Virus record (IMG/VR): IMGVR_UViG_3300012973_001074
Coordinates: 32,001 to 96,000 of that record
From: a virus
Lineage: Duplodnaviria; Caudoviricetes
DNA: 64,000 nucleotides
Reading direction: 5' to 3' (one strand)
Every line of letters starts with the position of its first letter. Positions within the stretch are counted from its first letter, which is position 1. Of the stretch, positions 9,678 to 19,529 are shown piece after piece. The notes below the pieces were generated by a model, which saw only the letters and a list, made by a program, of their open reading frames with translations, was not told the origin of the DNA and searched no databases. The position numbers and the translations under genes are program-made.

Positions 9678-10109
9678 TCAGTTGCCGCCGATGAACTGCA
9701 CCGCTCCGTGGACGCCGAAGCGCCACTGGAGCACGTTGGCCTCCTTCGCGTATGCGTTGTCCGGCACCTTGATGATCCACGCCTCGGCCGCGGCGAAGAG
9801 CGATGTGCCTTGGCGATCGCGGATGAGGATCGGCGCGATGCCGGAGCCGCCCGGGATGGCGATGTCGCCGTTGTGGATCGCCGAGAGGAGCGCGTTGCCC
9901 TTCGACGTCCGCATCAGGGTGAGGGTGACCTCGTAGTAGTTGTTGCGGCTCTCGCTGCGCGTGCCCTCTCCGTCGACGCCGGCCTTGTACGTGTACGTGT
10001 CCTCGGCCTTGGCGATGGAGACGAACTCGTCGTCGCCGCGGCCCGTGTCGAAGCTGATGGTCGCGAAGTTGAACGTGACTTCGTTCGCGGAGTAGACCTT
10101 GAGACCCAT
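9678..10109 (-). CDS. Tail tube protein (DUF3277-like)
   Basis: 143 aa after the sheath; KVYSANEV, AGVDGEG, VTLTLMRTSKGN motifs. Confidence 0.8.
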   Translation of the reverse strand: MGLKVYSANEVTFNFATISFDTGRGDDEFVSIAKAEDTYTYKAGVDGEGTRSESRNNYYEVTLTLMRTSKGNALLSAIHNGDIAIPGGSGIAPILIRDRQGTSLFAAAEAWIIKVPDNAYAKEANVLQWRFGVHGAVQFIGGN

Positions 10110-10207
10110 GGCCCGTTGCTCCTGTCGACGCGCCCGCGCGTCTGAGTGAAGGGTTCAGGCGCGCGCGCTCCGGCTCGGGCGCGCGCGTCGATCGAGGGGA
10201 GGAGGCG

Positions 10208-11518
10208 TCAGACCGAGACGCGGCCGCGCACCGGGGTCATGCGGTGAACCGCTCCCGCGAGGTGCGCTGTCCAGTTGACGTCCGGTAGCGTGCGGTTGAT
10301 CCGCTGCGCCGCGGGCACGTTGCGGACGAGCGGAGCGGTGACCGTGGGCTCGGGCTTTGCCGCGAAGCCGCCCGCGTCGATCCCCTGCTGGATGACGGAC
10401 ATGATCGCGCTGCGGAGCGCGTCGACGCCCGAGTCGGTGAAGGGGATCTTCGGATTGTTGCGGAGCGTGAAGAGGACGCGCTCGCGCATGCGCGCGTAGA
10501 CCCAGTCGAGGAACCGGATCGTGTCCATGTACTCACCCGCGCCGCTCTTGCCCTCGAACGTGATGGGCAGGCCGCCCGTGCGCGTGTAGTGCGAGCCGTT
10601 CTTCGCGAGGATGGCATTCTCGTGGCTCTGAAGCAGAGCGTCCGGCCTCACGCCCGAGACCTCCTTGAAGGCCCAGGTGTCCGACCCCGGCTGCGTCGTC
10701 AGGCGTCCCGCCTGCCAGCCCGCGGCGAGCCACTCGCGGCCGCCGATGGCTCGGTGGTAGACGCCGTTCGTGCGCGTGTAGCTCGAGTCTCGAAGCGCCG
10801 AGAAGGTGTCGTCGATGACGTTGCCGTCGAGGATGTCGGTGTCGGCGCTCTGGATCGTCAGGATCTTGCGCGTCGTCTCGATCCAGGCAGCGGCATTCAG
10901 CGCCGTGGCCTTGCTCTGAGAGTCGAGGACGAGCAGGCCATAGAAGTCGAAGTCCTCGTCGGCGATGTTCGGCAGCTCGTTGTCCGTGGTCGTGTCCTCG
11001 GTCACGTCGCGGATGTGCACGCCCGACTCGAGGTCGACGTCGACGACGGTGCCGGGCTCGGCGCTGAGCGTGAGGACATCGCCTTCGACCGCACTGGTCA
11101 TGCCGACCCCGAGGTCGGTGATGACCGAGCCGAGCGCTGCGGCGATCGTGGCCGGCGTCGCGGCAGCGCCGACGGTGTAGCTCAGGGCCTTGCCGCCGAT
11201 CGTGCCCTTGTACCGGAAGCCTTGCCTTGTGATCGTCGGGGTGATCTCGACCGTCTGCGTGAGCGGCGTGACGCGTCGACCGATCTTGAACGTCTCGGGG
11301 CTGGGGTCCTGCGACTTGACGATCTGCGCTGCCCTGTAGAGGTAGTGGTCGGCGTCGAAGCCGTCGTCGAGCATCTCGTCAGGGTCGGCGTACTCCTTGA
11401 CGAGGCGGTCGACCCACGCGACGTGGTGTCCGAAGAGCAGCGGCGTACCGAAGCCCTCCTCGAACGGCGCACGGCTATCGACCGTGATCTGCAGGTTCAT
11501 GATCGTGTCGAGCGACAT
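10208..11518 (-). CDS. Tail sheath protein (DUF3383-like)
   Basis: Start MSLDTIMN; GFGTPLL, PGSDTWAFKEVSGV, YMDTIRFLDW, KIPFTDSG, AGAVH motifs. Confidence 0.9.
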   Translation of the reverse strand: MSLDTIMNLQITVDSRAPFEEGFGTPLLFGHHVAWVDRLVKEYADPDEMLDDGFDADHYLYRAAQIVKSQDPSPETFKIGRRVTPLTQTVEITPTITRQGFRYKGTIGGKALSYTVGAAATPATIAAALGSVITDLGVGMTSAVEGDVLTLSAEPGTVVDVDLESGVHIRDVTEDTTTDNELPNIADEDFDFYGLLVLDSQSKATALNAAAWIETTRKILTIQSADTDILDGNVIDDTFSALRDSSYTRTNGVYHRAIGGREWLAAGWQAGRLTTQPGSDTWAFKEVSGVRPDALLQSHENAILAKNGSHYTRTGGLPITFEGKSGAGEYMDTIRFLDWVYARMRERVLFTLRNNPKIPFTDSGVDALRSAIMSVIQQGIDAGGFAAKPEPTVTAPLVRNVPAAQRINRTLPDVNWTAHLAGAVHRMTPVRGRVSV

Positions 11519-11627
11519 GCGGGACTCCTCGTGAGCGGGGCATGGGCGCACGTCGGCGAGGGCCGTCCGCGAGCGGGCGCGGGGCCTTGGTCGTGCGCGA
11601 GGTTGAAGAGGGCAGGGGCGCGCGCGG

Positions 11628-12320
11628 CTAGGGCACGCGCGCGCGGGAGCTACTCTCGAGCCCGGGGCTGAGCTCGCTTTGCATGTTCGACTTGGGGGCT
11701 GCGATGCCCTCGATGTCGGACGACAAGACGATCCGCTCGATCCATCCGACGGGCACCGGATCGACGTCGTTGATGGCGGCGGTGAACGTCACGTCCATCG
11801 ACGCGATGGACCAGCGGCGCTTTTCGTACGTCGCGGTCATGTTCGCCGTGGGGCCGCAGTCGGTGATGTCGACGTTCACCGCGAGCATGCGGTCGTAGGA
11901 GCTCTGGCGGTTGAGTCGCGTGCGGAGTCGCTCGAGCGTGTTCATCGCGGACTGCGCGTCCGTCTCTTCGAGCGACCAGGCTTGCACCTGCAGGACGAAG
12001 CGCCGGAGGCCGCAGATCGTCTCGACGAGGTCGGTGACCGGCTCGCCATCTGCGACGTCGATCGTCTGCTCTTCGTAGCGGAACTCGTCGCCGCCGACGC
12101 CGACGCAGCTCGTGACCTTGAGGAAGAGCGCGAGCGCCTGCTGCGGGTGGATGAACTCGGAAGCTCCAGGGCGCTCCCTCCACTGCGCGCTCCACTCGGG
12201 CGTCTGGAGCGCGTCGTGGTACGGCTTGCCGCCAGGCTCGGCGACGGTCTTGACCTGGTCGACGGCGAGCTCGGTGAAGAGCGCGATGAGCGCCGGATTG
12301 ATCTCGCTCCAGTGCATCAT
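11628..12320 (-). CDS. Neck/tail terminator protein
   Basis: Position immediately upstream of sheath; size and beta-strand pattern. Confidence 0.6.
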   Translation of the reverse strand: MMHWSEINPALIALFTELAVDQVKTVAEPGGKPYHDALQTPEWSAQWRERPGASEFIHPQQALALFLKVTSCVGVGGDEFRYEEQTIDVADGEPVTDLVETICGLRRFVLQVQAWSLEETDAQSAMNTLERLRTRLNRQSSYDRMLAVNVDITDCGPTANMTATYEKRRWSIASMDVTFTAAINDVDPVPVGWIERIVLSSDIEGIAAPKSNMQSELSPGLESSSRARVP

Positions 12321-12329
12321 CGGTGCACC

Positions 12330-12860
12330 TCACTCCTCGCCGCCTCCGCCTCGGCCACCGGTCGCGACGACGCGACCGGTGGCGTTCACCACGTACGTGA
12401 TCGAGCTACGGAGCTGCCCGGTGTCGATGAGGGGGACGCTTGAGCCCTTGCGTTGGATCGTGATGGGAGAGAGCGGCGGCTCGATGCGGTCGGCGATGCG
12501 CTTCTGGATCTCGGCGACGTACAGGTTGCCGAGGCGCTCGAACGCCTGCGCCATGCTCGGCACCTTGCCCTTGGCGACGGCTTCGGCCATGACGACGAGC
12601 TGCGATTCGTGCCGCTCACGGTTCTCGTCCGACCAGTCCGCGATGAACGAGCGTCGCGGGACGCCGAGACCGAACTCGTGAAACGAGCCGATCTCGGCGA
12701 TCGTCGCTTCCGACGAGTGCGGCTTGGCTCCGTCGCCTTCGTGAATGCCGACGGTTAGGAAGGCCTTGGTGGATGCGAGCTTGCGCATCCGTTCGAGCAC
12801 GTCCTTCGCGCCCCTGTCGGTGTCCGTGACCCTGGAGGCGGCCCGGGCGGGACGCGCCAT
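12330..12860 (-). CDS. Virion morphogenesis / neck protein
   Basis: TVGI, HEFG..VPRRSF, PPLSPITIQRKGSSVPLIDTGQLRSSITY motifs. Confidence 0.8.
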   Translation of the reverse strand: MARPARAASRVTDTDRGAKDVLERMRKLASTKAFLTVGIHEGDGAKPHSSEATIAEIGSFHEFGLGVPRRSFIADWSDENRERHESQLVVMAEAVAKGKVPSMAQAFERLGNLYVAEIQKRIADRIEPPLSPITIQRKGSSVPLIDTGQLRSSITYVVNATGRVVATGGRGGGGEE

Positions 12861-12863
12861 CGG

Positions 12864-13226
12864 TCAGGGGGCCTTACGGCTCCGGTCCTTGTCGGGCGCA
12901 GCTTCAGTCCGCGTCGGCGGAGCGGAGCGATCGACCACGGGCGTCTCGGTCGTGCGCGCGGTTGCGCCGGGGGGGCCCGAGTGGTCCGAGGCGAGGGCGC
13001 TATCGGTGGCAGGGACCGGGCTCTCTGTCGGCCGGGCGACATCGCCGAGCGAGCGCTTTGCGGCTTCGACCAGTTGCTGACGGAGTCGGCGCGGCGTGGG
13101 CTTGTCGTCGGGCAGCGGGATCGGGGGTTCGTCGCCGATCTTGAGGTTGAGGAAGCGGTAGCCCGAGGGCTGCGTGCGGTCCTGTTCGATGTTGACCTTC
13201 ACTTTGACGGTGACGCTCTTGGGCAT
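12864..13226 (-). CDS. Hypothetical protein
   Basis: Fills the gap in the operon; preceded by a GAGAGGA Shine-Dalgarno. Confidence 0.55.
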   Translation of the reverse strand: MPKSVTVKVKVNIEQDRTQPSGYRFLNLKIGDEPPIPLPDDKPTPRRLRQQLVEAAKRSLGDVARPTESPVPATDSALASDHSGPPGATARTTETPVVDRSAPPTRTEAAPDKDRSRKAP

Positions 13227-13235
13227 TGGGTCCTC

Positions 13236-13508
13236 TCAGGTGACGATCATCCGGATGCCGACTTGCTTCTTGATGGCGTTGAGCTTCGTCTCGTACGACG
13301 TCATCCGGTCGTCTTCGTCGAGCCGGAGAGAGCGTCCGAACGGGGAGCCTGCGAGATCGATGGCGGCGATGAGGCCGATCGCCATCTCGGCCTTGAGCCC
13401 GTAGACCGCGGGGTCGACCTGGAGCGTCGCGTCGGCGAGCGCCTTCTCGATGAGAGCGCCCGCGCTGCGGAACTCGGGGTACCTCGCGAGGAATTCGGTC
13501 GGGGTCAT
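13236..13508 (-). CDS. Head-tail adaptor (DUF4054-like)
   Basis: EFLARYPEF N-terminus and TSY near the C-terminus. Confidence 0.7.
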   Translation of the reverse strand: MTPTEFLARYPEFRSAGALIEKALADATLQVDPAVYGLKAEMAIGLIAAIDLAGSPFGRSLRLDEDDRMTSYETKLNAIKKQVGIRMIVT

Positions 13509-13512
13509 GAGG

Positions 13513-14037
13513 TCACGTCCTCGCGCGAGCGGTCTTCTTCGGCGGCTTGTGCTTGCCCTTGTCGCTCTGCGCCGGGATGGTCGACGGCGGCGCTGGCGGA
13601 GCGATGTCCGGACGCGGCGCCGGAACGAACGGCGGCGCTGGCAGCTCCGCGGGTTCGGGAGTCGGCGCAGGGACGGGCAGGGGATTGATGGGCGCCGGGA
13701 TCGCCGGCGGCGCCTCAGGAGCGGCCGGCATGGGACCTGGCAATGGCTTCTCGGTCGAGTCCTCGGTCGGCGTCGGCTCGACGACGTCCGGCGGCTCGAC
13801 TGGTGCTGCGGGCACGGCCACGGGCGCAGGCGCGACGACGCTCGGCGAGGGCGCGAGCGGGTTCGTCGTCGTCGTCGGCTCCTGGTCGATGACGGTGACG
13901 AGTTTCGACTTGACGAGCGCGCGCAGGAGCGCGCGTTCGCTGCGACTGAGAGAATCCGGGAGGCGGTTCTCTCCCTTCTCGATGAAGGACCGTCCGTTCC
14001 GACGGAAGCCGCCGCGAACCTTGCTGAAGACGAGCAT
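13513..14037 (-). CDS. Hypothetical Pro-rich protein following capsid
   Basis: Start MLVFSKVRGG immediately after the capsid stop. Confidence 0.55.
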   Translation of the reverse strand: MLVFSKVRGGFRRNGRSFIEKGENRLPDSLSRSERALLRALVKSKLVTVIDQEPTTTTNPLAPSPSVVAPAPVAVPAAPVEPPDVVEPTPTEDSTEKPLPGPMPAAPEAPPAIPAPINPLPVPAPTPEPAELPAPPFVPAPRPDIAPPAPPSTIPAQSDKGKHKPPKKTARART

Positions 14038-14039
14038 CG

Positions 14040-15044
14040 TCACGCCGCGAACACGAAGTCCAGGTACCGCATCGCGAGCGGCTGGTAGATCTTTACTCCG
14101 CCGCAGCGAGCGTGGCAGTTGTGGAGGAATTCGAAGACCTTCTGCTCGGGCGGCATGACCTCGAACTCCTGCGGAATGATCGCCTCGAGCACGTCGGGTG
14201 TCTTCCGGTACGAGATGGCGCGAGGCACGCCTCCGACGCCCGCCTTGTTGAGGCGGTGCCATGGTGCGATTGTCGTGATGTTCGGGTTGTTGCGGCGGAA
14301 GATCGTGAGGATCGACTCGCCCGTGAGCGCCGAGAACGGCGTCTGCTGGATGTAGCTGAAGTACCGGGTCGGCAGGAGGAGGGTGTCCGCCGCCCACTGA
14401 TTGTCGGAGTAGTTGCCGACTTCGGCCGCGAGGCGCGCGAGGTCAGCGAGGATGATGTCGGGGTCGAGCGGCGTCGTCGGCGGAGCGCCGGCGGCGGTGA
14501 GCCAGGCGCCTCCGCCCATGACGCCGAGCGCGGCGACGAAGGGGTTGTTCACGAGGCCGTTGAGGCCGACGTCCGGGAGCACGCCGTTCTCGTCGGCGAG
14601 CGAGCCGAACGCGAGGACCTCGTCGATGCCGCGCTCGATGAAGTCCGCGGCCGCGCGAGCTTTCGAGTCCGACAGCTGTACGCCGAGGCGCGCCGCTTCG
14701 CGTAGTTCGTTGATGTCCCAGCCGTAGGCGGCGCCGATCGGCGTCACCTTGCCGAGCACCTCCTCGGCCGCGACGTCGACGCGCGGGATGTCGTCGCTCT
14801 TGTACGTGATGAGCTTCGCCCGGCCGACGGGCTTCATGACCTTGTAGCTGTAGGTCGAAGCGCTCGCGGCGATGTCCGTCGCCTTCGGGGCAAACGTGCG
14901 CGCGAGCGTCGGCAGGAACGCGACTTCGTACATCTTCGCGCGCAGCTGCGTGAGCTCGCGCTCGAGGAACATCGTCTCGTTCGCGTCGAAGTGCTGCACG
15001 AGCGCTGCGCGCTGCAGACGCTTGTACTGGATCTCGTCGAGCAT
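14040..15044 (-). CDS. Major capsid protein (DUF2184 / encapsulin-like HK97 fold)
   Basis: HFDANETMFLERELTQL, YGWDINELREA, GLVNNP, DTLLLP, ARCGGVKIYQPLA motifs. Confidence 0.92.
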   Translation of the reverse strand: MLDEIQYKRLQRAALVQHFDANETMFLERELTQLRAKMYEVAFLPTLARTFAPKATDIAASASTYSYKVMKPVGRAKLITYKSDDIPRVDVAAEEVLGKVTPIGAAYGWDINELREAARLGVQLSDSKARAAADFIERGIDEVLAFGSLADENGVLPDVGLNGLVNNPFVAALGVMGGGAWLTAAGAPPTTPLDPDIILADLARLAAEVGNYSDNQWAADTLLLPTRYFSYIQQTPFSALTGESILTIFRRNNPNITTIAPWHRLNKAGVGGVPRAISYRKTPDVLEAIIPQEFEVMPPEQKVFEFLHNCHARCGGVKIYQPLAMRYLDFVFAA

Positions 15045-15149
15045 CTTTCGGGTCCTTTCGTGCGGACAAAGCGCCGCCGGCCCGGTGCGCAGCGAGGCGC
15101 CCAGGCTCTGAAGTCCTTGGTGATGAGAGGGAGCGAGAGAGCGGGGAAA

Positions 15150-15195
15150 CGCGAACGCCCCGCGACTTCAGTGAGTCAGCGGGGCGTTGTTCGCG
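15150..15195 (-). terminator. Long GC hairpin followed by TTT (terminator/processing site)
   Basis: Minus strand CGCGAAC-AAC-GCCCCGC..GCGGGGC-GTTCGCG then TTT, in the decoration-capsid intergenic gap. Confidence 0.45.
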
Positions 15196-15229
15196 CGCGC
15201 GGCGATGTCCGCGCTACGTGTCGAGCGGC

Positions 15230-15718
15230 TTACGCGCCGTTGGGGCGGCCCGGGTAGTTGAGCTGCAGAACCGCGACGCCCGCGGCGCCGACGCCGCGAT
15301 AGACGCTGACGCCCGAGGGCTGCACCGCGCTTGCGTCGTCAGCGTCGTTGCGCCATCCGCCCTTCGTGCCCTCTCCTGCGAAGCGGACGAACGGAGTCGC
15401 CTGCGCGGCGATCGCCTGCTCCGTTGCGACCCAGACGCGGCCCTGCAGCATGACGGGCACGACGTCGCCCTGCTTGTGGCCCAGGCCGCTCGGACGCGTC
15501 GGGGTAGCGAGGGCGACGCCGCCCTCGCCATCGGTGACCTCCGCAGCGTCGTCGGCGAGCTCGCAGTAGCCGCCGCTCACGCGGACGTATGCACCGAAGG
15601 GAATGTCCTCCTGCGCGACGCAAGAGACCACGTCCTTCGGGCCCGTGTCGTAGATCAAGCCCGGGTAGCCGGCGCTCGGCTCCGCGGTGATCGCTGTCTG
15701 AACCACGTCGGCCATCAC
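15230..15718 (-). CDS. Capsid decoration/cement protein (gp24-like)
   Basis: AGYPGLI, IPFG, GDVVPVMLQGRVWV motifs; between protease and capsid. Confidence 0.8.
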   Translation of the reverse strand: MMADVVQTAITAEPSAGYPGLIYDTGPKDVVSCVAQEDIPFGAYVRVSGGYCELADDAAEVTDGEGGVALATPTRPSGLGHKQGDVVPVMLQGRVWVATEQAIAAQATPFVRFAGEGTKGGWRNDADDASAVQPSGVSVYRGVGAAGVAVLQLNYPGRPNGA

Positions 15719-17841
15719 TTACCTCCGTTCATCTGCTGCTGGCCGGTTTGCCAGAGCGACGCCGCCTTCTGGTCGCGATTGCGGCGCGCTCGGCTGACCG
15801 GATCGTTGTCGTTGGGGGTGTCGAACGAGTCGAGGTTGTGCACCTCGCGGACGACTGCGCGACGAACGCCGTTGATGCCGTTCGCGTCGCGGACCTGCTC
15901 GATCATCGCGTCGTAGCGGCTGCGGACGTAATCGTCCGACTTGCCCTTGTCGTCGAAGTCGGGGTTCTTCTTCCGGATCGCGTAGAGCATGACCTCGCGA
16001 TCGCTCTTCGAGTCGAGCTTCTCGAAGGGGTTCTTCTTCTTCGTGACGGTCTTCTTCTTCTTCTTGCCGTCTTCGTCGACCTCTTCCTCCTCGACGACCT
16101 CCTCCTCCTCGTCTTCGTCGGCGGAGCCGAACCAGCGGGCGACCTCGGTGAGGAGGCGGACGCGCGAGCGGACCTCGGACTGCGTGCGCTTCTTGAGCTC
16201 GTCGGCGTCCTTGTCCTTCGCCTTCTGGGCGTCGGCCTTGAACTCGTCGAGCGACTGCTTCGCCGCATCGCGAGCGCCCTCGGCCTCGTCGGCGCGCTTC
16301 TTCTCGGCGCTGAGATCTGCAGAGAGCTTGTCGATCTTCGCCTTCGCGTCGTTGCGGACCTGATCGACCTCGCGCCGGTGCATGTCGTCGAGCTTGTCGA
16401 GATGCGCCTGCGAACCGACCTCGTACTCCCTGCCGTCGATGCGGATGACCTTCATCGTTTGCTCCTGTTCTTCGTCGTGGGACACGCCCCAAGGGGGCCC
16501 CTGGTTATCGAGGCGCAGTCCCACTTCGGGTCCGGCCCGACCTCGGTTCGGCGGACAGAGCGCCGCGTGGTTGTAACGGATGTCTCTCTGGATGCAGTCG
16601 AAGCGCTCACCCTCGTAGGTGCCGCTCGTCATCTCGAGGCGGCAGCGGTAGCCGCAGGAGATCTCGGAGCGATCGCCGGTCTCGATCGCGTCGAGCGTTT
16701 CGGCGTCCTGCACGATGAGGTCGCTCGCGATGAACTTGCCGTCCTGGCGGACGCGCGCGACGTGCCCGAGAGAGACCCTGCGCCACGTCTCCGGTGTGAC
16801 CAGGCCCGTGTGGTCTTTGATGTCGATGACGGGCGCGTGCTCGAGCGTCGCGAGCGAGTCGGCCTTGAAGACCTCTTCGGGGAGCCGGAGTTCGCGACGC
16901 TGTGTGCCGTCAGGGTTCACGTACGTGAGCACGCCGGTGCGCGTGAGGCGCGCCGGGACGCGTGCGCCGCCGACCTGCGTGCGATCGACCTTGCCGAGAC
17001 GTGAGCGATCGAGGCGGAGGACGAGCTCGCCGGAGTCGAAGCGACGCTGCTCGTCGGCGTCAGAGGTCCACCGGCCGTCTTCCTCACGGGGGACGTTCAG
17101 GTGGCCTTCGCCGCTTCCGCCAGAGCCGCCGGCGCCATTGCTCCTGGCCGCGGCGGTGTTTTCGTCGGCATCGGCACGCTGCTCGAGGGCAAGCCGCCGC
17201 TTGCGAGTCTGGTGCATTGCGAGCTCCCTTGCTGCTTCCGAGACGCGCCTGCGCATCTCCTCGTCCGTGGGCGACGCCGCTTCGTCAGCGGCGTCGAGGT
17301 CGTCCTCGTCGTCCTCGTCGTCCTCGTCGGGCTGCGCTTCTGGGTTCAGGAACGGCGTGCCCGCGTTCTCATCGAGCCCGATCGGAACGAAGGAGACCTC
17401 GACGAGGCGAGCAGCGGGCGAGGCTGCGCGCGTCGTCGCGGCGGGGTTGTCGACCTCGGCCTCGTCGTCCTCGGGCTCGTCCTCGTCCTCGGCGCTGTCG
17501 GCCGAGCCTTCTGGTCCGCCGTCGTAGCCGATCGATACGGAGCGGATGACGCCGTCCTTCACGCCCTGCCAGACCTGCTCGGCGAGCGGGTTGACGGCCT
17601 CGCGCGCGAACGTGACACGCATGCGCAGGCCTTCGGCGGAGGCCTCCACGTCGTTCGCGAGACCGATCGGGAGCTCGGCGGCGTCGTGTGCCCAGAGGAT
17701 GACTGGGTTCTTGAGGAAGCGCTCGAGCTCCCATTCGGTGATCTGCACGCCGTCGACGGGCTCGGGCGACGACGCGATGATCCATACCGAGCGCGTGTAC
17801 TCGTCGACCTTCGCGACGCGCGCGAGGAGGTTCTTGGGCAT
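15715..17841 (-). CDS. Prohead protease/scaffold: HK97-type protease domain + DUF2213 domain + coiled-coil scaffold
   Basis: Start MPKNLLAR (17841). N-domain FLKNPVILWAHD..LPIG..IRSVSIGY..LVEVSFVP; second domain TRTGVLTY..ELRLPEEVF..EISCGY..QRDIRYNHAAL..RGRAG. Confidence 0.85.
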   Translation of the reverse strand: MPKNLLARVAKVDEYTRSVWIIASSPEPVDGVQITEWELERFLKNPVILWAHDAAELPIGLANDVEASAEGLRMRVTFAREAVNPLAEQVWQGVKDGVIRSVSIGYDGGPEGSADSAEDEDEPEDDEAEVDNPAATTRAASPAARLVEVSFVPIGLDENAGTPFLNPEAQPDEDDEDDEDDLDAADEAASPTDEEMRRRVSEAARELAMHQTRKRRLALEQRADADENTAAARSNGAGGSGGSGEGHLNVPREEDGRWTSDADEQRRFDSGELVLRLDRSRLGKVDRTQVGGARVPARLTRTGVLTYVNPDGTQRRELRLPEEVFKADSLATLEHAPVIDIKDHTGLVTPETWRRVSLGHVARVRQDGKFIASDLIVQDAETLDAIETGDRSEISCGYRCRLEMTSGTYEGERFDCIQRDIRYNHAALCPPNRGRAGPEVGLRLDNQGPPWGVSHDEEQEQTMKVIRIDGREYEVGSQAHLDKLDDMHRREVDQVRNDAKAKIDKLSADLSAEKKRADEAEGARDAAKQSLDEFKADAQKAKDKDADELKKRTQSEVRSRVRLLTEVARWFGSADEDEEEEVVEEEEVDEDGKKKKKTVTKKKNPFEKLDSKSDREVMLYAIRKKNPDFDDKGKSDDYVRSRYDAMIEQVRDANGINGVRRAVVREVHNLDSFDTPNDNDPVSRARRNRDQKAASLWQTGQQQMNGGK

Positions 17842-17855
17842 GCCTGACCTCGGAG

Positions 17856-19133
17856 TTAGGTGGCGGGCGGAACAAGCGGGCCGTTGGCGTAGAGGCGCAG
17901 GCTCGCGGTGACGGAGGACGCCGTCGCAGCAAGGAAGCCGCCGCCACCTGCGAAGACGTTCGCGGCCGCGCCGAGCCGGTGGCCGCCGTAGCGCCACGTT
18001 GCTCCCGCGTCGGGCGAAAAGACGATGTCTCCGAAGGCGCCCGCGGCTGCGCAGTAGAGCGCTCCGACCGTTCCGAGCGATCCGATCTCCACGCCGACTG
18101 CCCCGACTTCGGCGAAGCTCTCCCCCTGAGTGCTCGAACGGAGGACGCGAGAGACGCCGTTGCGCGACCACGCGCAGACGAACATGTCGAGCAGCTCGTC
18201 GTAGCGGAGCGAGAGCCCAGGCGGCGAGCCGCCTCCAATGAGGTGCTCGCCGCGCGGGGTCCAGGTCATCCCACCATCGTCGGAGGTCGCCCACCGGAGT
18301 GCGCCGGCGTTCGTGTTGGCGTGGAGCCAGACGAGGCGCCCCGATGCCGGATTGAGAGCGAGGAGGTTATCGGTGGAAGGCCCGCCGAACTCGGCTGGCG
18401 TAGTACGGGCGGTCCAGGCCGCAGCGTCAGGGCTCGTGAAGACCTTGGGCCCCGTCCCGCTGCCGTGAACCACGACCCATAGTGCGTGCACCGAGTCGTA
18501 ACGGACGGAGGGGCGATCCGCCACCACGCCCCCCGGCAGGACGGGTGCCGACCAGAGGTTGGTTGGGCTCCGCACATCGAGCGTGGCGGAGCCGTTGTTG
18601 GCGATAGCCACGAGCCCCGTCGGGGTGACGTCGATGTCGTGGCTGACGCGACCGCCAGCCGGAAGCGCGAGATCGGTCCACGCGCGCCCGAACGTTGCCG
18701 ACGAGCGTCCGGTGTTTGTCGCGCCGACGCCGAACCATGTGGAGAGCTCGGGCACGTACCGCAGGCGCCGATTGATCCCGTTGACCGTCACGGGCGCTCC
18801 GAAGTTGAGCGCTGGGAGGCTCCCCCAGGTGTGCATCCACTCCGCGCGCCGTGCGGCGAGCAAGGTCGTCATCTCGACCCTGTAGGCCGCGAGCTCGTCT
18901 TCGTCGTGGTTCTGGTCCTCGATGAGCGCGGAGAGGAGCGCGGCGAACTGACGGTCGAGCCAGTTGCGGTACTGGCCTCCGAACTGCCGCCCGGGACGCA
19001 TGCCTTGGCGAAGCTCGGCGAGCGACGGCTGGATCTTGACCGGGCTGTCGTCGACGTCGTCGCCGGCGGCCGCGAAGTTTATGTCCGTCGCGATCTCGAG
19101 CGCCTGCGACGAGTAGATTGGCTTGTCGCTCAT
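17856..19133 (-). CDS. Beta-propeller (BNR/Asp-box) virion-associated protein
   Basis: Asp-box-like repeats TSPDAAAW, TSDDGGMTW, FSPDAGATW; fibre-like N-terminus. Confidence 0.6.
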   Translation of the reverse strand: MSDKPIYSSQALEIATDINFAAAGDDVDDSPVKIQPSLAELRQGMRPGRQFGGQYRNWLDRQFAALLSALIEDQNHDEDELAAYRVEMTTLLAARRAEWMHTWGSLPALNFGAPVTVNGINRRLRYVPELSTWFGVGATNTGRSSATFGRAWTDLALPAGGRVSHDIDVTPTGLVAIANNGSATLDVRSPTNLWSAPVLPGGVVADRPSVRYDSVHALWVVVHGSGTGPKVFTSPDAAAWTARTTPAEFGGPSTDNLLALNPASGRLVWLHANTNAGALRWATSDDGGMTWTPRGEHLIGGGSPPGLSLRYDELLDMFVCAWSRNGVSRVLRSSTQGESFAEVGAVGVEIGSLGTVGALYCAAAGAFGDIVFSPDAGATWRYGGHRLGAAANVFAGGGGFLAATASSVTASLRLYANGPLVPPAT

Positions 19134-19144
19134 TCGTTCGCGCC

Positions 19145-19529
19145 TCAGAAGGGCGTGATCGAGACGCCGCGTGTGGCGACCTCGTCACGGATGTTCGACC
19201 AGATCGTGTGGCAGCCTCGCGCCATCGCGAGCTGACCTGGTGAGAGCGGGACCTTCGGAATCGGGCCCCAGTACAGGACCTCGCAGGGCGCGCCTGTCGC
19301 GTGGCTCGCGAGCCACTTGCGGAGCGCGCGGACGACGGCGGGCGACGCCTTCGATGATCCAGGGCCCAGGTTCTTCGAGCCAGGTGGCGACCTCGGACGA
19401 GGCCGCCGACCATGCGTATGCGCCGATGAGATCGTCCGTGTGGCGCACGCCGAGGTTGAGGCCTTTGCCGAGCTCCTCGGCGAAGGACGTCTTGCCCGTG
19501 CGCGGGCCGCCGGCGACGAGGATGCGCAT
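19145..19529 (-). pseudogene. Frameshifted small P-loop (adenylate-kinase-like) protein
   Basis: MRILVAGGPRTGKT..WIIEGVA continues as VVRALRKW in another frame; 4-bp duplication at 19337-19344. Confidence 0.7.

Noticed and set aside
17842-18294. N-terminal extension of the 859-aa protease ORF in the track
   Set aside because: Overlaps the propeller gene in another frame and is Arg-rich nonsense; a GAGG SD supports ATG 17841
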